Counted from the stretch's first letter, positions 8,823-18,731 are shown. The stretch is 47,498 nucleotides of DNA from Chloroflexota bacterium (GCA_011039385.1 DRBO01000023.1:1-47498), one strand, 5' to 3'. The notes: a model not told the origin generated them from the letters alone. Numbers and translations: made by a program.

Positions 8823-9761
8823 ATGGCTAAAAACGGAAGATTTATCAAAAAATCCACCTCTGAGTTTTACCGGGAAGGTACAAGTATCGAGGATTATTCC
8901 TTTTCTGATTTTCTGCATGGCTATCTATATCTCAAATGGCCATACTTTTATATTAGTGTAGCTCTTGGAGAACACAGGCTGAGCAAGGCTCTGGTCCCGA
9001 TGATCATGTTCCTTTCCTCGTTATTCGCACCCTCCCGGGACGGACCGGAGGATTTTGGGATGAATTGGGCAAATTCTTACCATGGGAAAGTTGTTCCACT
9101 TAAGGAAGCCAAACGATTGGTGTCCATCAAAGAGGATATTCAGATCAAAGACCTGGAAAAGGTAATTCCTTTTACCAAAGCCAAGGATATCATTTTACGT
9201 AATCCTGATAGGATCGCGGTGCTGGACTGCCCCTGCCGGCTGGCAAGGGAAAACCCCTGCACGCCTGTCGATGTTTGTTTAATAGTTGGAGACCCCTTTG
9301 CCAGTTTTATCCTGGAACACCACCCTGATAAATCACGCCTGATCTCATCAGAGGAAGCAATGGGGATTCTCCAAGCCGAACATGAACGCGGCCATGTCTC
9401 ACACGCGTTCTTCAAAGATGCCATGTTGAATCGCTTTTATGCCATCTGCAATTGCTGCTCCTGCTGCTGTGGGGCCTTCCAGGCTCAAAATACCGGCACA
9501 CCGATGTTAATGGCATCAGGGTATACCGCATATGTGGATTCCGACCTTTGTGAGGGTTGCGGGACCTGTAGTGAATACTGCCAGTTTTCCGCAATAGAGA
9601 TGGTGAATGGCCTGGCGAAGATCATACAGGAGGATTGTTACGGCTGCGGGGTTTGTGTGGATAAATGTGACCAGGGCGCGGTGAGTTTGAATCTTGACCC
9701 CGCCAAAGGTGAGCCCCTGGAGATTCAGACTCTTATGGAAGAAGTGATGCTGGCCTCCTGA
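8823..9761 (+). CDS. Cys-rich 4Fe-4S dicluster domain protein
   Basis: Start reassigned to ATG 8823 (SD AAGGAG). Motifs CPCR..C...C and AICNCCSCCCG, plus two CxxCxxCxxxC ferredoxin motifs at the C-terminus. Confidence 0.85.
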   Translation: MAKNGRFIKKSTSEFYREGTSIEDYSFSDFLHGYLYLKWPYFYISVALGEHRLSKALVPMIMFLSSLFAPSRDGPEDFGMNWANSYHGKVVPLKEAKRLVSIKEDIQIKDLEKVIPFTKAKDIILRNPDRIAVLDCPCRLARENPCTPVDVCLIVGDPFASFILEHHPDKSRLISSEEAMGILQAEHERGHVSHAFFKDAMLNRFYAICNCCSCCCGAFQAQNTGTPMLMASGYTAYVDSDLCEGCGTCSEYCQFSAIEMVNGLAKIIQEDCYGCGVCVDKCDQGAVSLNLDPAKGEPLEIQTLMEEVMLAS

Positions 9762-9778
9762 ACATAATCGGGGAGGGG

Positions 9779-10255
9779 TTACGGGTGAACTGAGATTACT
9801 TCTCCCTGCGTAGTCCCTACCAGGTCTTGAGGAGAAATGCTGAATACTGCGTGGGAGGACCCTGCAGCCGCCCAGACAAGTTTGTATTGCAGAAGATCCC
9901 TGTCGATGTAGATGGGGATTTCCTTTTTTAGGCCGTAAGGCGAAACGCCTCCGATCGCAAAGCCAGTTTGGGTGCGCACGTATTCGGCGTCCGCGAAGCT
10001 GATTTTTTCACCTAATAAATTGCCGGCGTATTTTTCGTCAACCTGGTTGGAACCGCTGGTAAGGATGAGCACTGGCTGACCAGCGGGAGTTTTGAAAACC
10101 AGGGATTTGACAATTTGACCAACAGAACTCTTCACAGCTTCAGCAGCTTCCACCGCCGTCCTGGTGCTGTGAGGTAGTTCTTGGACCTGGATGGGAATGT
10201 CTAGATTCTCTAAAACAGCCTTGACACGCTCAACGCTAGAATTCCTTTTGCTCAT
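9779..10255 (-). CDS. YbaK/EbsC-family aminoacyl-tRNA deacylase
   Basis: STRTAVEAA, QIVKSLVF, TGFAIGGVSP and WAAAG motifs. Start reassigned to ATG 10255. Confidence 0.9.
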   Translation of the reverse strand: MSKRNSSVERVKAVLENLDIPIQVQELPHSTRTAVEAAEAVKSSVGQIVKSLVFKTPAGQPVLILTSGSNQVDEKYAGNLLGEKISFADAEYVRTQTGFAIGGVSPYGLKKEIPIYIDRDLLQYKLVWAAAGSSHAVFSISPQDLVGTTQGEVISVHP

Positions 10256-10271
10256 AGATTCTCTTAGCCAG

Positions 10272-10799
10272 TCAATCGCTGCGGACAGAAATTTCCATGT
10301 AGATGGGATCGCCGAACCGGTTTCCATCCGGGTCGTAAGCCTGCCACCAGGAATTGTATCTGCCCGGGTTGTCGGGAGCCGTGAAAATGATTTCCACGAT
10401 CGCTTCTGTGGACTGGCGGGCGGGATAAAGTTCCTGCACTTTCCCGGCACCCAGAGAGAGGCCAGAAATAAGCTGGAGGGAATAGCTCCGGTTCCAGTTG
10501 CAGCTGCCTTCATTGCGGATCAGCCAGCGCTTAGTAATTTCTTCCCCGGGAGAGACTTCCATACCGTCCGGTATGGTCAGATCATCTAGAAAACGGAGTT
10601 GGCTTTCGCAATTAGCCTGGCGGGTGGGGAGGGGAGTGAATTCCCCAGGCTGATTTTCCTCGGCAGACGGGTTGTTTGTGGGCGGAATGAAGTTGGCTAT
10701 GGGGGTGGCTGTGGAATGCGCAACTCCCGGCTGGCAGCCGGCACTAACGCTGACCAGGATCAGGAGTGACAGCCACCAGCAAGTTCTATTTTTCTTCAT
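10272..10799 (-). CDS. NBR1-Ig-like (N_BRCA1_IG) domain lipoprotein
   Basis: Lipobox SAGC, P/T linker, then [10 protein letters not shown]...[13 protein letters not shown]...[12 protein letters not shown]...FG. Confidence 0.85.
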   Translation of the reverse strand: MKKNRTCWWLSLLILVSVSAGCQPGVAHSTATPIANFIPPTNNPSAEENQPGEFTPLPTRQANCESQLRFLDDLTIPDGMEVSPGEEITKRWLIRNEGSCNWNRSYSLQLISGLSLGAGKVQELYPARQSTEAIVEIIFTAPDNPGRYNSWWQAYDPDGNRFGDPIYMEISVRSD

Positions 10800-11838
10800 C
10801 TCCCTCGGCTTCAGCTACTTCTTCAGGGCTCACCATGTAGGCATGTTGTGCCAGGACAAGCTCCCTGACGGTGTTCTCGACCTCCTGGCAGATATCGGGG
10901 TTCTCCTTCAGGTATATTTTGGCGTTTTCACGTCCCTGGGCTATCCGCAGATCGTCCCCGTAATAATAGAAAGAACCCCGCTTATCGATCACACTTGCTT
11001 CCACAGCCAGATCCAGGATATCTCCTGATTTGGAAATGCCCTCATCGTGCATGATATCAAATTCCGCCGTGCGGAATGGTGGTGCCACTTTGTTTTTTAC
11101 CACTCGGACCCGGGTCCTGCTGCCAATGATCTCAGTGCCAGATTTGATGGATTGGATCCGGCGCACATCGAGGCGGATTGAACTGTAAAATTTCAGAGCC
11201 CTGCCCCCGGGGGTGGTTTCTGGATTGCCAAAAACTATACCGATCTTTTCTCTCAATTGGTTGGTAAAAATCAGGCAGGTATTGGTTTGTTTGATGGCTC
11301 CTGATAATTTCCTCAGTGCCTGGGACATCAAGCGGGCCATCAGGCCCATGTGAGAATCCCCCATATCCCCTTCGATTTCAGCTCGGGGGACAAGAGCGGC
11401 TACAGAGTCAATGATGATCACATCCACCGCACCGGAGCGGATCAGCGATTCAGCGATTTCCAGGGCTTGCTCTCCAGTGTCTGGCTGGGAAATCAGTAGA
11501 TTATCAATGTCCACTCCTGTCCTGGCCGCATAAGCGGGATCAAGGGCGTGTTCCATATCGATAAAGGCGGCCGTTCCTCCCTGCTTCTGGGCTTCTGCCA
11601 CGATGTGCTGGCAAATGGTCGTCTTCCCGGAAGCTTCCGGACCATAAATTTCTGTGACCCTGCCCCGGGGAACGCCTCCCACCCCGAGAGCGAGATCCAA
11701 CGACAATGTTCCGGTGGGGATCACATCAACAGCTAAACCCTGCGCATCCCCCAATTTCATGATCGCTCCTTCCCCGAAGCGCTTGGTAATGTCCTGGAGC
11801 GTTTTGTCTAACGCTGTTTTCCGTGGGTCATCCGCCAT
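10786..11838 (-). CDS. recA: Recombinase RecA
   Basis: [36 protein letters not shown] and KNKVAPPF motifs; acidic C-terminal tail. Confidence 0.99.
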   Translation of the reverse strand: MADDPRKTALDKTLQDITKRFGEGAIMKLGDAQGLAVDVIPTGTLSLDLALGVGGVPRGRVTEIYGPEASGKTTICQHIVAEAQKQGGTAAFIDMEHALDPAYAARTGVDIDNLLISQPDTGEQALEIAESLIRSGAVDVIIIDSVAALVPRAEIEGDMGDSHMGLMARLMSQALRKLSGAIKQTNTCLIFTNQLREKIGIVFGNPETTPGGRALKFYSSIRLDVRRIQSIKSGTEIIGSRTRVRVVKNKVAPPFRTAEFDIMHDEGISKSGDILDLAVEASVIDKRGSFYYYGDDLRIAQGRENAKIYLKENPDICQEVENTVRELVLAQHAYMVSPEEVAEAEGDEEK

Positions 11839-11886
11839 CTCATCCTCCTCAGATAATCTCTAGCGTACGAAAGGTGGCCTCTTTAA

Positions 11887-11914
11887 AGTCTAGCACAAAT
11901 GTTCTAGGCGTCAA
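11887..11914 (-). promoter_or_regulatory. recA promoter with LexA (SOS) box
   Basis: On the minus strand, TTGACG (11914-11909), 16 bp, TAGACT (11892-11887). The spacer holds the palindrome CTAGAAC-ATTT-GTGCTAG (11907-11890), one mismatch from GAAC-N4-GTTC, the Gram-positive/Dehalococcoides-type LexA box. Confidence 0.85.
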
Positions 11915-13104
11915 GGGGAAGGCGAAAATATGTATTCAGGTGTGGGGGGAAGCTCGTCGAAAAAACCTCTCCAGAGATAAAACTTAAAAAAGGTGACCTG
12001 CCCTGGTTTGATTTCTATTTCTGTTGAATAGTACCGGCCGATGCTGGATACCGCAAGGTAGAGATAGTATTTCCCGGCCGGTAAATTAGCCAGAGTGAAG
12101 TTCTCATGGTAATAAGAGTCAGTATTGATGGCATCATTCCGGTAGGAGGCCCCAATCCAGCCCTCGTCATTGATTGGACCGACAACGGGGTTATCTTCGG
12201 CCGGGACCAAGTAGACGATCTGCTGTTCAAATGGCTGTCCATAATAATTATTTATCTGGCCGACCAGCACACCCCAACCCAGGGGAGGAGAGAGCCACAG
12301 ATCTGGATTGCGGGTGGAAAAATACTCGTTCTTTCCCAAACGAACTTCAAAATGCAGGTGGGGGCCGGTTGTTTTTCCCGTATTTCCCATCGTGCCGATT
12401 TGATCTCCCGTGTCCACTATTTGGCCGTTCTCAACCAGGATCTCATCCAGGTGGGCGTAAAGGGTGAAGAGGGGTTCTCCCTGGTAACTGAAGTCATGTT
12501 CAATGACCACAGCGTTGCCGTAAGGATCATCGAGAATGTTAAATCCTCCCCTGTAGACACCCATTCCGGCAAATACCACCGTACCACTTCCCGCAGCCAG
12601 GATTGGTGTGCCAATATCCCCTGGCATGTCGATTCCGGTGTGGACGACGTTATCAAAGAATACCCCGCCATAACCATAGACTGAATAGGCTGCATCAATA
12701 TCATAGGCGGAAATTGGGCTCGTAAAATAAAAATGGTCGTGGGGGCTTGGAATCCAGGGAACAGGATAGACGGGCGGCCGCCAAGGTTCTATGGGCTGGC
12801 TTGGATTTTGGGGAACAGAAAATTCAGGTGTAGCCACTTGGACAGTTGAGGTGGGTGTATGCTGGGGAACTGCTGTAGGGGTGAGTGTTGTCAAGTTGCT
12901 GCTGATTTGAGTATTGACAGGCTCTGTTGCGGTTGGGGTTAGTGGCAGTAAGGTGGCTTGAGGTTGTTCATAGTTGAATCCCATCCCCTGGCAGCCTGAC
13001 CCCAGGAACAGGCAGAGAAGGAGAATAATAATAAGCAGAATTCCTGTTCTCTGTAATATTTGGCCCTTCCTAAGGCTTGGTTCTTGTCCTTGGACTATCA
13101 TCAT
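11911..13104 (-). CDS. M23 family metallopeptidase, membrane-anchored/lipoprotein, with C-terminal beta-sandwich
   Basis: HTGID, LYAHL and TGPHLHFEVR zinc motifs; N-terminal hydrophobic segment and P/T-rich linker. Confidence 0.92.
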   Translation of the reverse strand: MMIVQGQEPSLRKGQILQRTGILLIIILLLCLFLGSGCQGMGFNYEQPQATLLPLTPTATEPVNTQISSNLTTLTPTAVPQHTPTSTVQVATPEFSVPQNPSQPIEPWRPPVYPVPWIPSPHDHFYFTSPISAYDIDAAYSVYGYGGVFFDNVVHTGIDMPGDIGTPILAAGSGTVVFAGMGVYRGGFNILDDPYGNAVVIEHDFSYQGEPLFTLYAHLDEILVENGQIVDTGDQIGTMGNTGKTTGPHLHFEVRLGKNEYFSTRNPDLWLSPPLGWGVLVGQINNYYGQPFEQQIVYLVPAEDNPVVGPINDEGWIGASYRNDAINTDSYYHENFTLANLPAGKYYLYLAVSSIGRYYSTEIEIKPGQVTFFKFYLWRGFFDELPPTPEYIFSPSP

Positions 13105-14948
13105 GGTGAGGCTGGGTCAATCAGGTTTTGAATTTCCTCAAGCGAATAGAGATCAAGCAAGGCTGTTTCCAGATCCAGCCCCTGAGTAAAGGCAAAATAT
13201 TGATAGCGGGAGGCTTTCTCGGAGAACTGCCAGTGGAGTTGGGTTGGGAAACGGGTCCAGCCATGGGCCTGTGCCAGGGAAGTAAAGTCCACCCAGTATC
13301 CAGCAGGTATTGTTGCTGAAAAAGCCCCGCCATTTTCATATGCGGCATTATCTCCAGAATAGCGGGCGTTCAGATCCCAGATATTCGTCTGGAGGGGTTG
13401 TCCTTGATAACCTTGTTGGTTATAAGCTTTGATGTAGACGCGCCAGAAGGTTTGGCAGCCATAATCTTCCCTGACCAAGACCAGCCAATCTGCCAACCTG
13501 GGGATGTCATTGATCATCATTCCCCTCCCCGTGTAAAGCCAATCCAGGTTGATGCCAGGAGACAGGGTTTTGTCTAGGGGGACAAATGCGTTTTCCAATG
13601 TAGAAAGGAAATCCCAACCAGCCTCTTCTATTACTGCTGCCCGGAGAGATGAGAAACTTGCCACCGCGTCCTCGATGAATGCCGGCGAGGGCGCTGAGAG
13701 ATATCGCAACTCTATCATCCTCTTGGGCTGGTCCTCGGGATTATCTGCGGGTTCGGAGACGGGTTCCCAGAGAGGTGTAGGTCCCGGCCCAGGATCCAGA
13801 TTCGTGAAGAAGGGATAATAATTGCCCTCTGCCCAACTGATCCCTTTCACCGGTCCGGGCAACCTGATGGCGGGCAGCATCACCTGAGCATCTGTCTGGG
13901 TGCCAGGATATGCTGTCAAGTAGGTTTGATGCGGTTGTTCTATGACAGTATAGAGGAGGTTAGAATCCTCACCCCACTGCGGCCAATCTCCAGATCCAAC
14001 CAGGGCAGGTTCTTTGTCAGGCTGCTGGCTGTCCCAGCTTATCAGGGTATGGTTGCCTTCAGTGGTGATCAATCCCCAGGTCAGGTATCTTCCATCACCA
14101 GACCAGGATGGATGCTGGACACGGGAACCGGGCAGGTTTTTGATTCGCACGGCTTTGTCTTCCTCTGGGGAATCCAGGTTGGCGTACCAAACTTCTTCCT
14201 GGCCGGAGCGGTCGCTGATAAAACTGATCATTCTCCCTCCCCCTTGAAGTGACCAATCAGGTGCAAAATCTGCAGCCGGGTTTTTTGTGAGCGGAATAGG
14301 TCCTTCCGTTTTATTGATATCCTGGATTAAGACTTCCAGGTTATCGATCTGGTAACTTTCATATGCCAGCCACTGGCCATCTGGTGACCAGGATGGATTG
14401 GCATCATAAGCCTCGGTATCGGTGAACTGCTGGATTTCTCCGGTTTGCAGGTTCAGGATGAAAATATCCCAGGGCCCATTTCGGTTGGATGAGAATGCAA
14501 TCCACTTGCCATCTTTGCTGATATCTGGAGTGATGTCCTGGTGTGGTCCGCTGGTAAGGCGGGTCAGCGGCAGACCGCTGAATCCCATGCCGGACCACTC
14601 TTCCAAAAAGGGTTGATAAGCAAAGAGATGGGTGTCAACGCCTTCCTGGATAGATAGGATCAGGGTGCCAAACTGATTTGGATAGGCAAACAGCTCCGGA
14701 TCAAGCAGGGTGGGGAGATCCTCCCCGGCAGATTCAAGGGGTAAGGTGGTAGTTGGGGGAAGGGGTGGAGGGGTTGCGGTAACTGACAGGGTCGTTAAAG
14801 CTCTTTGCGCTTCCATGCTTCGTCGTGCTTGGGGATAGAGCAGGACGGCAACAGTGATCAGGAGCAACCCAATAGCGATCAAGATCAAGTAGGCCTGAAT
14901 TTTGGGGCCTGGTTTATCCCTTTTGGTTTCGTTTTCGATATCAGTCAT
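13101..14948 (-). CDS. Membrane-anchored TolB-like (PD40) beta-propeller protein with a C-terminal domain of unknown function
   Basis: Repeats PDISKDGKWIAF, PSWSPDGQWLAY and PSWSGDGRYL; N-terminal TM helix. Confidence 0.85.
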   Translation of the reverse strand: MTDIENETKRDKPGPKIQAYLILIAIGLLLITVAVLLYPQARRSMEAQRALTTLSVTATPPPLPPTTTLPLESAGEDLPTLLDPELFAYPNQFGTLILSIQEGVDTHLFAYQPFLEEWSGMGFSGLPLTRLTSGPHQDITPDISKDGKWIAFSSNRNGPWDIFILNLQTGEIQQFTDTEAYDANPSWSPDGQWLAYESYQIDNLEVLIQDINKTEGPIPLTKNPAADFAPDWSLQGGGRMISFISDRSGQEEVWYANLDSPEEDKAVRIKNLPGSRVQHPSWSGDGRYLTWGLITTEGNHTLISWDSQQPDKEPALVGSGDWPQWGEDSNLLYTVIEQPHQTYLTAYPGTQTDAQVMLPAIRLPGPVKGISWAEGNYYPFFTNLDPGPGPTPLWEPVSEPADNPEDQPKRMIELRYLSAPSPAFIEDAVASFSSLRAAVIEEAGWDFLSTLENAFVPLDKTLSPGINLDWLYTGRGMMINDIPRLADWLVLVREDYGCQTFWRVYIKAYNQQGYQGQPLQTNIWDLNARYSGDNAAYENGGAFSATIPAGYWVDFTSLAQAHGWTRFPTQLHWQFSEKASRYQYFAFTQGLDLETALLDLYSLEEIQNLIDPASP

Positions 14949-14969
14949 AGCGTTAACTACCCGGTCTCA

Positions 14970-16382
14970 TCAATTGGAACGCAGCCAGCGTGGAATATAA
15001 CTTTTCATTCGACCTCGATGGACTGCCCCCCATCCCAGGGGATAACCTGAGCAAGTCACCAGGGCCCACCCCTCTGGCATATCCTCCAGCCTGGAATCTG
15101 ATACAGGAGATCCTCTTAGATAGGTTAATAAGTGGGGATCCTCTAACGAAAATTCTAACACTAATTGGGCGTCTTCCGGGTGGAGAGCGGATGCCAGGGC
15201 CGGGCTGGGTAGAAATTTATCGGCTTGGATAGTCCCCAGCCACCAGCCCCAATGGCGGATGTTCAGCCCTTTCAGGGAAGGCATTTCATCCGGGATCCAG
15301 TATAAGCGATTGCCGAAGCTTTTTAACTTCCTGCTTCCCGGCAGGATTTCCTCGGTGCTGGGAGTATGTTTAAGTGTGTTTCCGAAGAAATGGCTGTAGA
15401 TCCTCTGGTTTTCCGGGTTGGGGAGAGAAAAGTCCTGAATCGCGCTAGAAGGCAAGCGAGGACTGGATTCGGATTTCCGCAGGCGGGCAGCAAAATGACC
15501 TTCCCCTTGTGATAGGTGGGGCCAGATTCTCACCGCTCCTGTAAAATCAATCGACGGGGCATTCTCCAGTTGAATCCCTTTTGAGTAGCCCTGGACCGGC
15601 TCGATCGGATCGATCCTGAAATCTAGATTCTTCCCCAGGAAACGGGCAATCGTGCCTTCATTCTCATCTTGATTGAAAGTGCAGGTCGAATATACCAGGA
15701 CACCTCCCGGCCTGACCATTTTGGCGGCAAACCAGAGTATTTCATCCTGGATCCGGCAGCAGCGTCTGCTGAATTCGGGCGACCACTTTTTAATCTCGCC
15801 AGGATCTGACCTGAAAGTACCTTCACCAGAACAGGGGGCGTCCACCAGCACACGGTCAAAAAAATCTCCCAGGTGTTTGCTAATTCTACGGGGCGTCTCA
15901 CAAAGCACAGAGATGTTGCGTGCCCCCCAGCGCTCCAGGTTCTTGGATAGGGCCTGGACCCGCCTGGGATTGGCATCGTTGGCGATCAACAATCCCTCGT
16001 TTTTCATCCGGGATTGGATCTGAGTGGTCTTTCCTCCTGGCGCCGCGCAGAGGTCCAGCACGCGCTCTCCGGGTTGGGGATCAAGAACAGCAACCGGGAC
16101 CATCGCGGAAGGTTCCTGAATGTAGTAGAGCCCGGCTGTATGATAGGGATGTTTTCCCAAATCCCCGGTTTCCTGGAGAGCGGCCCCATGAGCCGTCCAG
16201 GGCAGGGGTTCGATCTCTACCAGGAGGTCTTTTTGGAGTTCTACCAGGCTGGTCTTTGCCGGGTTGATCCGCAGCCCGACAGCCGGGGAACAATCTTCCA
16301 GGGCTGCCCAGAACAGGGGCGCATGGTCTTTGAGAAGACGGTTAATGATCTGGATATATTCCGGGGGATAGTTCTTCTTCAC
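14970..16382 (-). CDS. rsmF: RsmF/NOL1/NOP2-family rRNA m5C methyltransferase
   Basis: YYIQEPSAM, LDLCAAPGGKT, LVDAPCSGEG and VYSTCTF motifs; C-terminal LGWG...K..IP domain typical of RsmF. GTG start. Confidence 0.88.
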   Translation of the reverse strand: MKKNYPPEYIQIINRLLKDHAPLFWAALEDCSPAVGLRINPAKTSLVELQKDLLVEIEPLPWTAHGAALQETGDLGKHPYHTAGLYYIQEPSAMVPVAVLDPQPGERVLDLCAAPGGKTTQIQSRMKNEGLLIANDANPRRVQALSKNLERWGARNISVLCETPRRISKHLGDFFDRVLVDAPCSGEGTFRSDPGEIKKWSPEFSRRCCRIQDEILWFAAKMVRPGGVLVYSTCTFNQDENEGTIARFLGKNLDFRIDPIEPVQGYSKGIQLENAPSIDFTGAVRIWPHLSQGEGHFAARLRKSESSPRLPSSAIQDFSLPNPENQRIYSHFFGNTLKHTPSTEEILPGSRKLKSFGNRLYWIPDEMPSLKGLNIRHWGWWLGTIQADKFLPSPALASALHPEDAQLVLEFSLEDPHLLTYLRGSPVSDSRLEDMPEGWALVTCSGYPLGWGAVHRGRMKSYIPRWLRSN

Positions 16383-16771
16383 TGGAGTGTGAAAGTGATT
16401 CTCTTTGAGCTGAGTTTTTGGGTCCCGAGTTTCACTTCCCCTGTCTCATCTGGTCTGGCTTTGCGCTCTTCCAAATTAAAGAGGGTGAGTTCAAGTTGGT
16501 ATTCTCCCTTGCTGGGCAGAGGTTTTGGGGTATGAAGCGTGAGTTCATTTTCGGGCTGGATAATATTGACCAGGTCCACTGATGCAATTTCCTCACCCTT
16601 TTCTCCTAGAAGAACAATGGCAGCGTTGGGTGGTGTCTGGAAGAAAGATAAGCGGAAGTTAATTTTCACACGGGCTCTATCCGAATAGGGTTCAGCACGA
16701 AAATCGACGATTTCTACATCGCTGTCAGCCGGCGTGATCTGGTCTGATTGAAAAAAAGTGTCTTCATTCAT
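16379..16771 (-). CDS. Hypothetical protein
   Basis: 130-aa ORF whose stop overlaps the rsmF start (GTGA), suggesting translational coupling. Confidence 0.7.
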   Translation of the reverse strand: MNEDTFFQSDQITPADSDVEIVDFRAEPYSDRARVKINFRLSFFQTPPNAAIVLLGEKGEEIASVDLVNIIQPENELTLHTPKPLPSKGEYQLELTLFNLEERKARPDETGEVKLGTQKLSSKRITFTLQ

Positions 16772-16800
16772 AGTCTCTGCTAGCTAAGTGTACCACTCTG

Positions 16801-16837
16801 AAAAGAAAAAAGTCCAGCGGTAGGTTCGCTGGACTTT
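16801..16837 (-). terminator. Rho-independent terminator after the degV pair
   Basis: AAAGTCCAGCG / CGCTGGACTTT 11-bp stem. The A-run at 16801-16811 gives a U-tract on the minus strand. Confidence 0.85.
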
Positions 16838-16860
16838 AATATTTGAAATACAGAAAGGTG

Positions 16861-17706
16861 CTAGTCGTAGATATATGCCAGCCCCACTGCTCCTGGTCCT
16901 GCATGCGTGCCGATCACAGGACTAACTTCTGAAAAAACCTGTTCCACAGCGGGGATCTTTTCCAGAGCCAGATCCAGCACAAACTGAGCGGTCTTTGGGT
17001 TATTGGCATGTAAGGTTGCCAAGCGGATATTCTTCTGGTCCTGGGTCTTTTCATCGATCAGATCAACGATTTTCTCCAGGGCTTTTTTCTGTGTGCGGAC
17101 GGAATCCAGGGGGACAACCAGGCCGTTGTCAATTGCCAGAACCGGTTTGACATTGAGCAGTGTTCCCATAAAGCGCTTGGCAACTCCGATCCTGCCTCCC
17201 CGGTGGAGAAATTCCAATGTGTCAAGCACAAAAATCACGCCTACTTTCTCCAGGGATTTTTCCACCAGCCTTTTGCACTCATGCAGGCTGGCGCCCTGGT
17301 TTGCCGCCCGGGCGGCTGCGAGCACAAGGAATCCCAGTCCCATGGCCAGTGTTCGTGAATTGACAATTTCGATATTGGCTTCAGGAAGCATTTTCTTGGC
17401 CTGGGTGGCGGAGGAAATCGTCCCGGAAAGTTCTTCCGAAATCAGGATTGCCAGGATATCGTATCCTTCCTTGTGCAAGGATCTGAAGAGCACCTCAAAA
17501 TCAGCTACTGAGGGTTGGGAGGTGCTGGGCATCACCTTTGCTTTTTCGAGCCGTTGATAAAATTCGACGGGGGTGATGTCCACCCCATCATAGAAATTCT
17601 CTTCCCCCCAGATCACAGTTAACGGCACAACATGGATCTTGTTTTCTTTGATAATCTGTTCGGGAATATAGGGTGAACTATCAGTGACAATAGCTACTTT
17701 ACTCAT
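16861..17706 (-). CDS. DegV family fatty-acid-binding protein (FakB-like)
   Basis: IVTDS, PSTSQPS, LSGT, LEFLHRGGRIG and GTHAGPG motifs. Confidence 0.95.
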   Translation of the reverse strand: MSKVAIVTDSSPYIPEQIIKENKIHVVPLTVIWGEENFYDGVDITPVEFYQRLEKAKVMPSTSQPSVADFEVLFRSLHKEGYDILAILISEELSGTISSATQAKKMLPEANIEIVNSRTLAMGLGFLVLAAARAANQGASLHECKRLVEKSLEKVGVIFVLDTLEFLHRGGRIGVAKRFMGTLLNVKPVLAIDNGLVVPLDSVRTQKKALEKIVDLIDEKTQDQKNIRLATLHANNPKTAQFVLDLALEKIPAVEQVFSEVSPVIGTHAGPGAVGLAYIYD

Positions 17707-17803
17707 ACGGCCTCACTTTGGGAATGGTGATTGATTTCTCGATGAATGGTACAACACCAGTCTGATGATGAGGTTACGTGCAAAAACCTGCTCCAGAGGG
17801 GAT

Positions 17804-18652
17804 TTACATTCCATGCATGCAGGCAATCGCCAGTGTTCCTGGACCAACATGAGTGCCAATTACCGGGCTGAGTTCGGAGACGTAGATCTCTTCGGGTGAA
17901 AAAGATGCCTGGATCTCCTCCTTCAGGTTATGGGCCATTTCCGGGACGTTGGAATGGATCACTGCCATACGGAGAGGTTTCTCGCCGCTGGCTTTTTCCC
18001 TGATCAAATCAGCCATCCGTTCCAGGGCTCGTTTCTGGGTTCTCACCTGGTCCACAGCCTCGATCTTTCCTGCGCTCATTTCCAGGATGGGTTTGATATT
18101 CAGCATCGATCCCAGGAATCGCTTCGCCCCGCCTATTCTTCCCCCTTTATGAAGAAATTCAAGTGTATCAACGACAAAAACCACATCGGTTCGCTGCTGG
18201 GCGTCCCGGGCTACCTGGGCAACTTCCTGCAAGGTGCCGCCTTCTGCCGCCTTCCGGGCTGCCGCGATCACGTGCAGGCCCGTGGCCATAGCTGCAGTTT
18301 TTGAGTCGATCACCTCAATGCGGGATGGGTCGAGATCAGCCTGAGCTTGCAGGGCGGAGTTGATGGTTCCGGAAATGCCTGCTGAGATCAGGATGGCAAG
18401 GACATCTTTTCCACTCTCCAGAAGAGCGGAAAAACAATCTTTGAATTCCCCTGCGGGAGGTTGTGATGTGCTCGGCAGCGTGGGGGATTTTTCCAGCCGG
18501 TTGTAAAATTGGGTGGTTGTGATATCTACGCCATCCTGATATGAATCGTCATCCCAGATCAAAGACAAAGGAATAACTTGGATTTGATATTCTTCCAGGA
18601 TGTCAGGCGGCAAATAAGCTGTGCTGTCCGTTACAATAGCCACTTTATTCAT
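17804..18652 (-). CDS. DegV family fatty-acid-binding protein (FakB-like), second paralog
   Basis: Start reassigned to ATG 18652 (SD AAGGAGG). IVTDST, PSTSQP, LEFLHKGGRIG and GTHVGPG motifs. Confidence 0.95.
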   Translation of the reverse strand: MNKVAIVTDSTAYLPPDILEEYQIQVIPLSLIWDDDSYQDGVDITTTQFYNRLEKSPTLPSTSQPPAGEFKDCFSALLESGKDVLAILISAGISGTINSALQAQADLDPSRIEVIDSKTAAMATGLHVIAAARKAAEGGTLQEVAQVARDAQQRTDVVFVVDTLEFLHKGGRIGGAKRFLGSMLNIKPILEMSAGKIEAVDQVRTQKRALERMADLIREKASGEKPLRMAVIHSNVPEMAHNLKEEIQASFSPEEIYVSELSPVIGTHVGPGTLAIACMHGM

Positions 18653-18707
18653 CTTCCCCTCCTTTGTGAGCACCGATTCTGGTTTATAATTGCTTTTTTT
18701 CTTAATA

Positions 18708-18731
18708 AAGGAGCGGGGATTCCCGCTCCTT
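18708..18731 (-). terminator. Terminator-like hairpin downstream of the tRNA
   Basis: AAGGAGCGGG / CCCGCTCCTT 10-bp stem, 7 nt after the tRNA 3' end. Confidence 0.7.

Noticed and set aside
10256-10513. N-terminal extension of the YbaK ORF
   Set aside because: It overlaps the NBR1-Ig gene in another frame; YbaK homology starts at 10255.
17762-17790. CTGATGA motif between the degV genes suggesting a hammerhead ribozyme
   Set aside because: No matching GAAA core or supporting stems.
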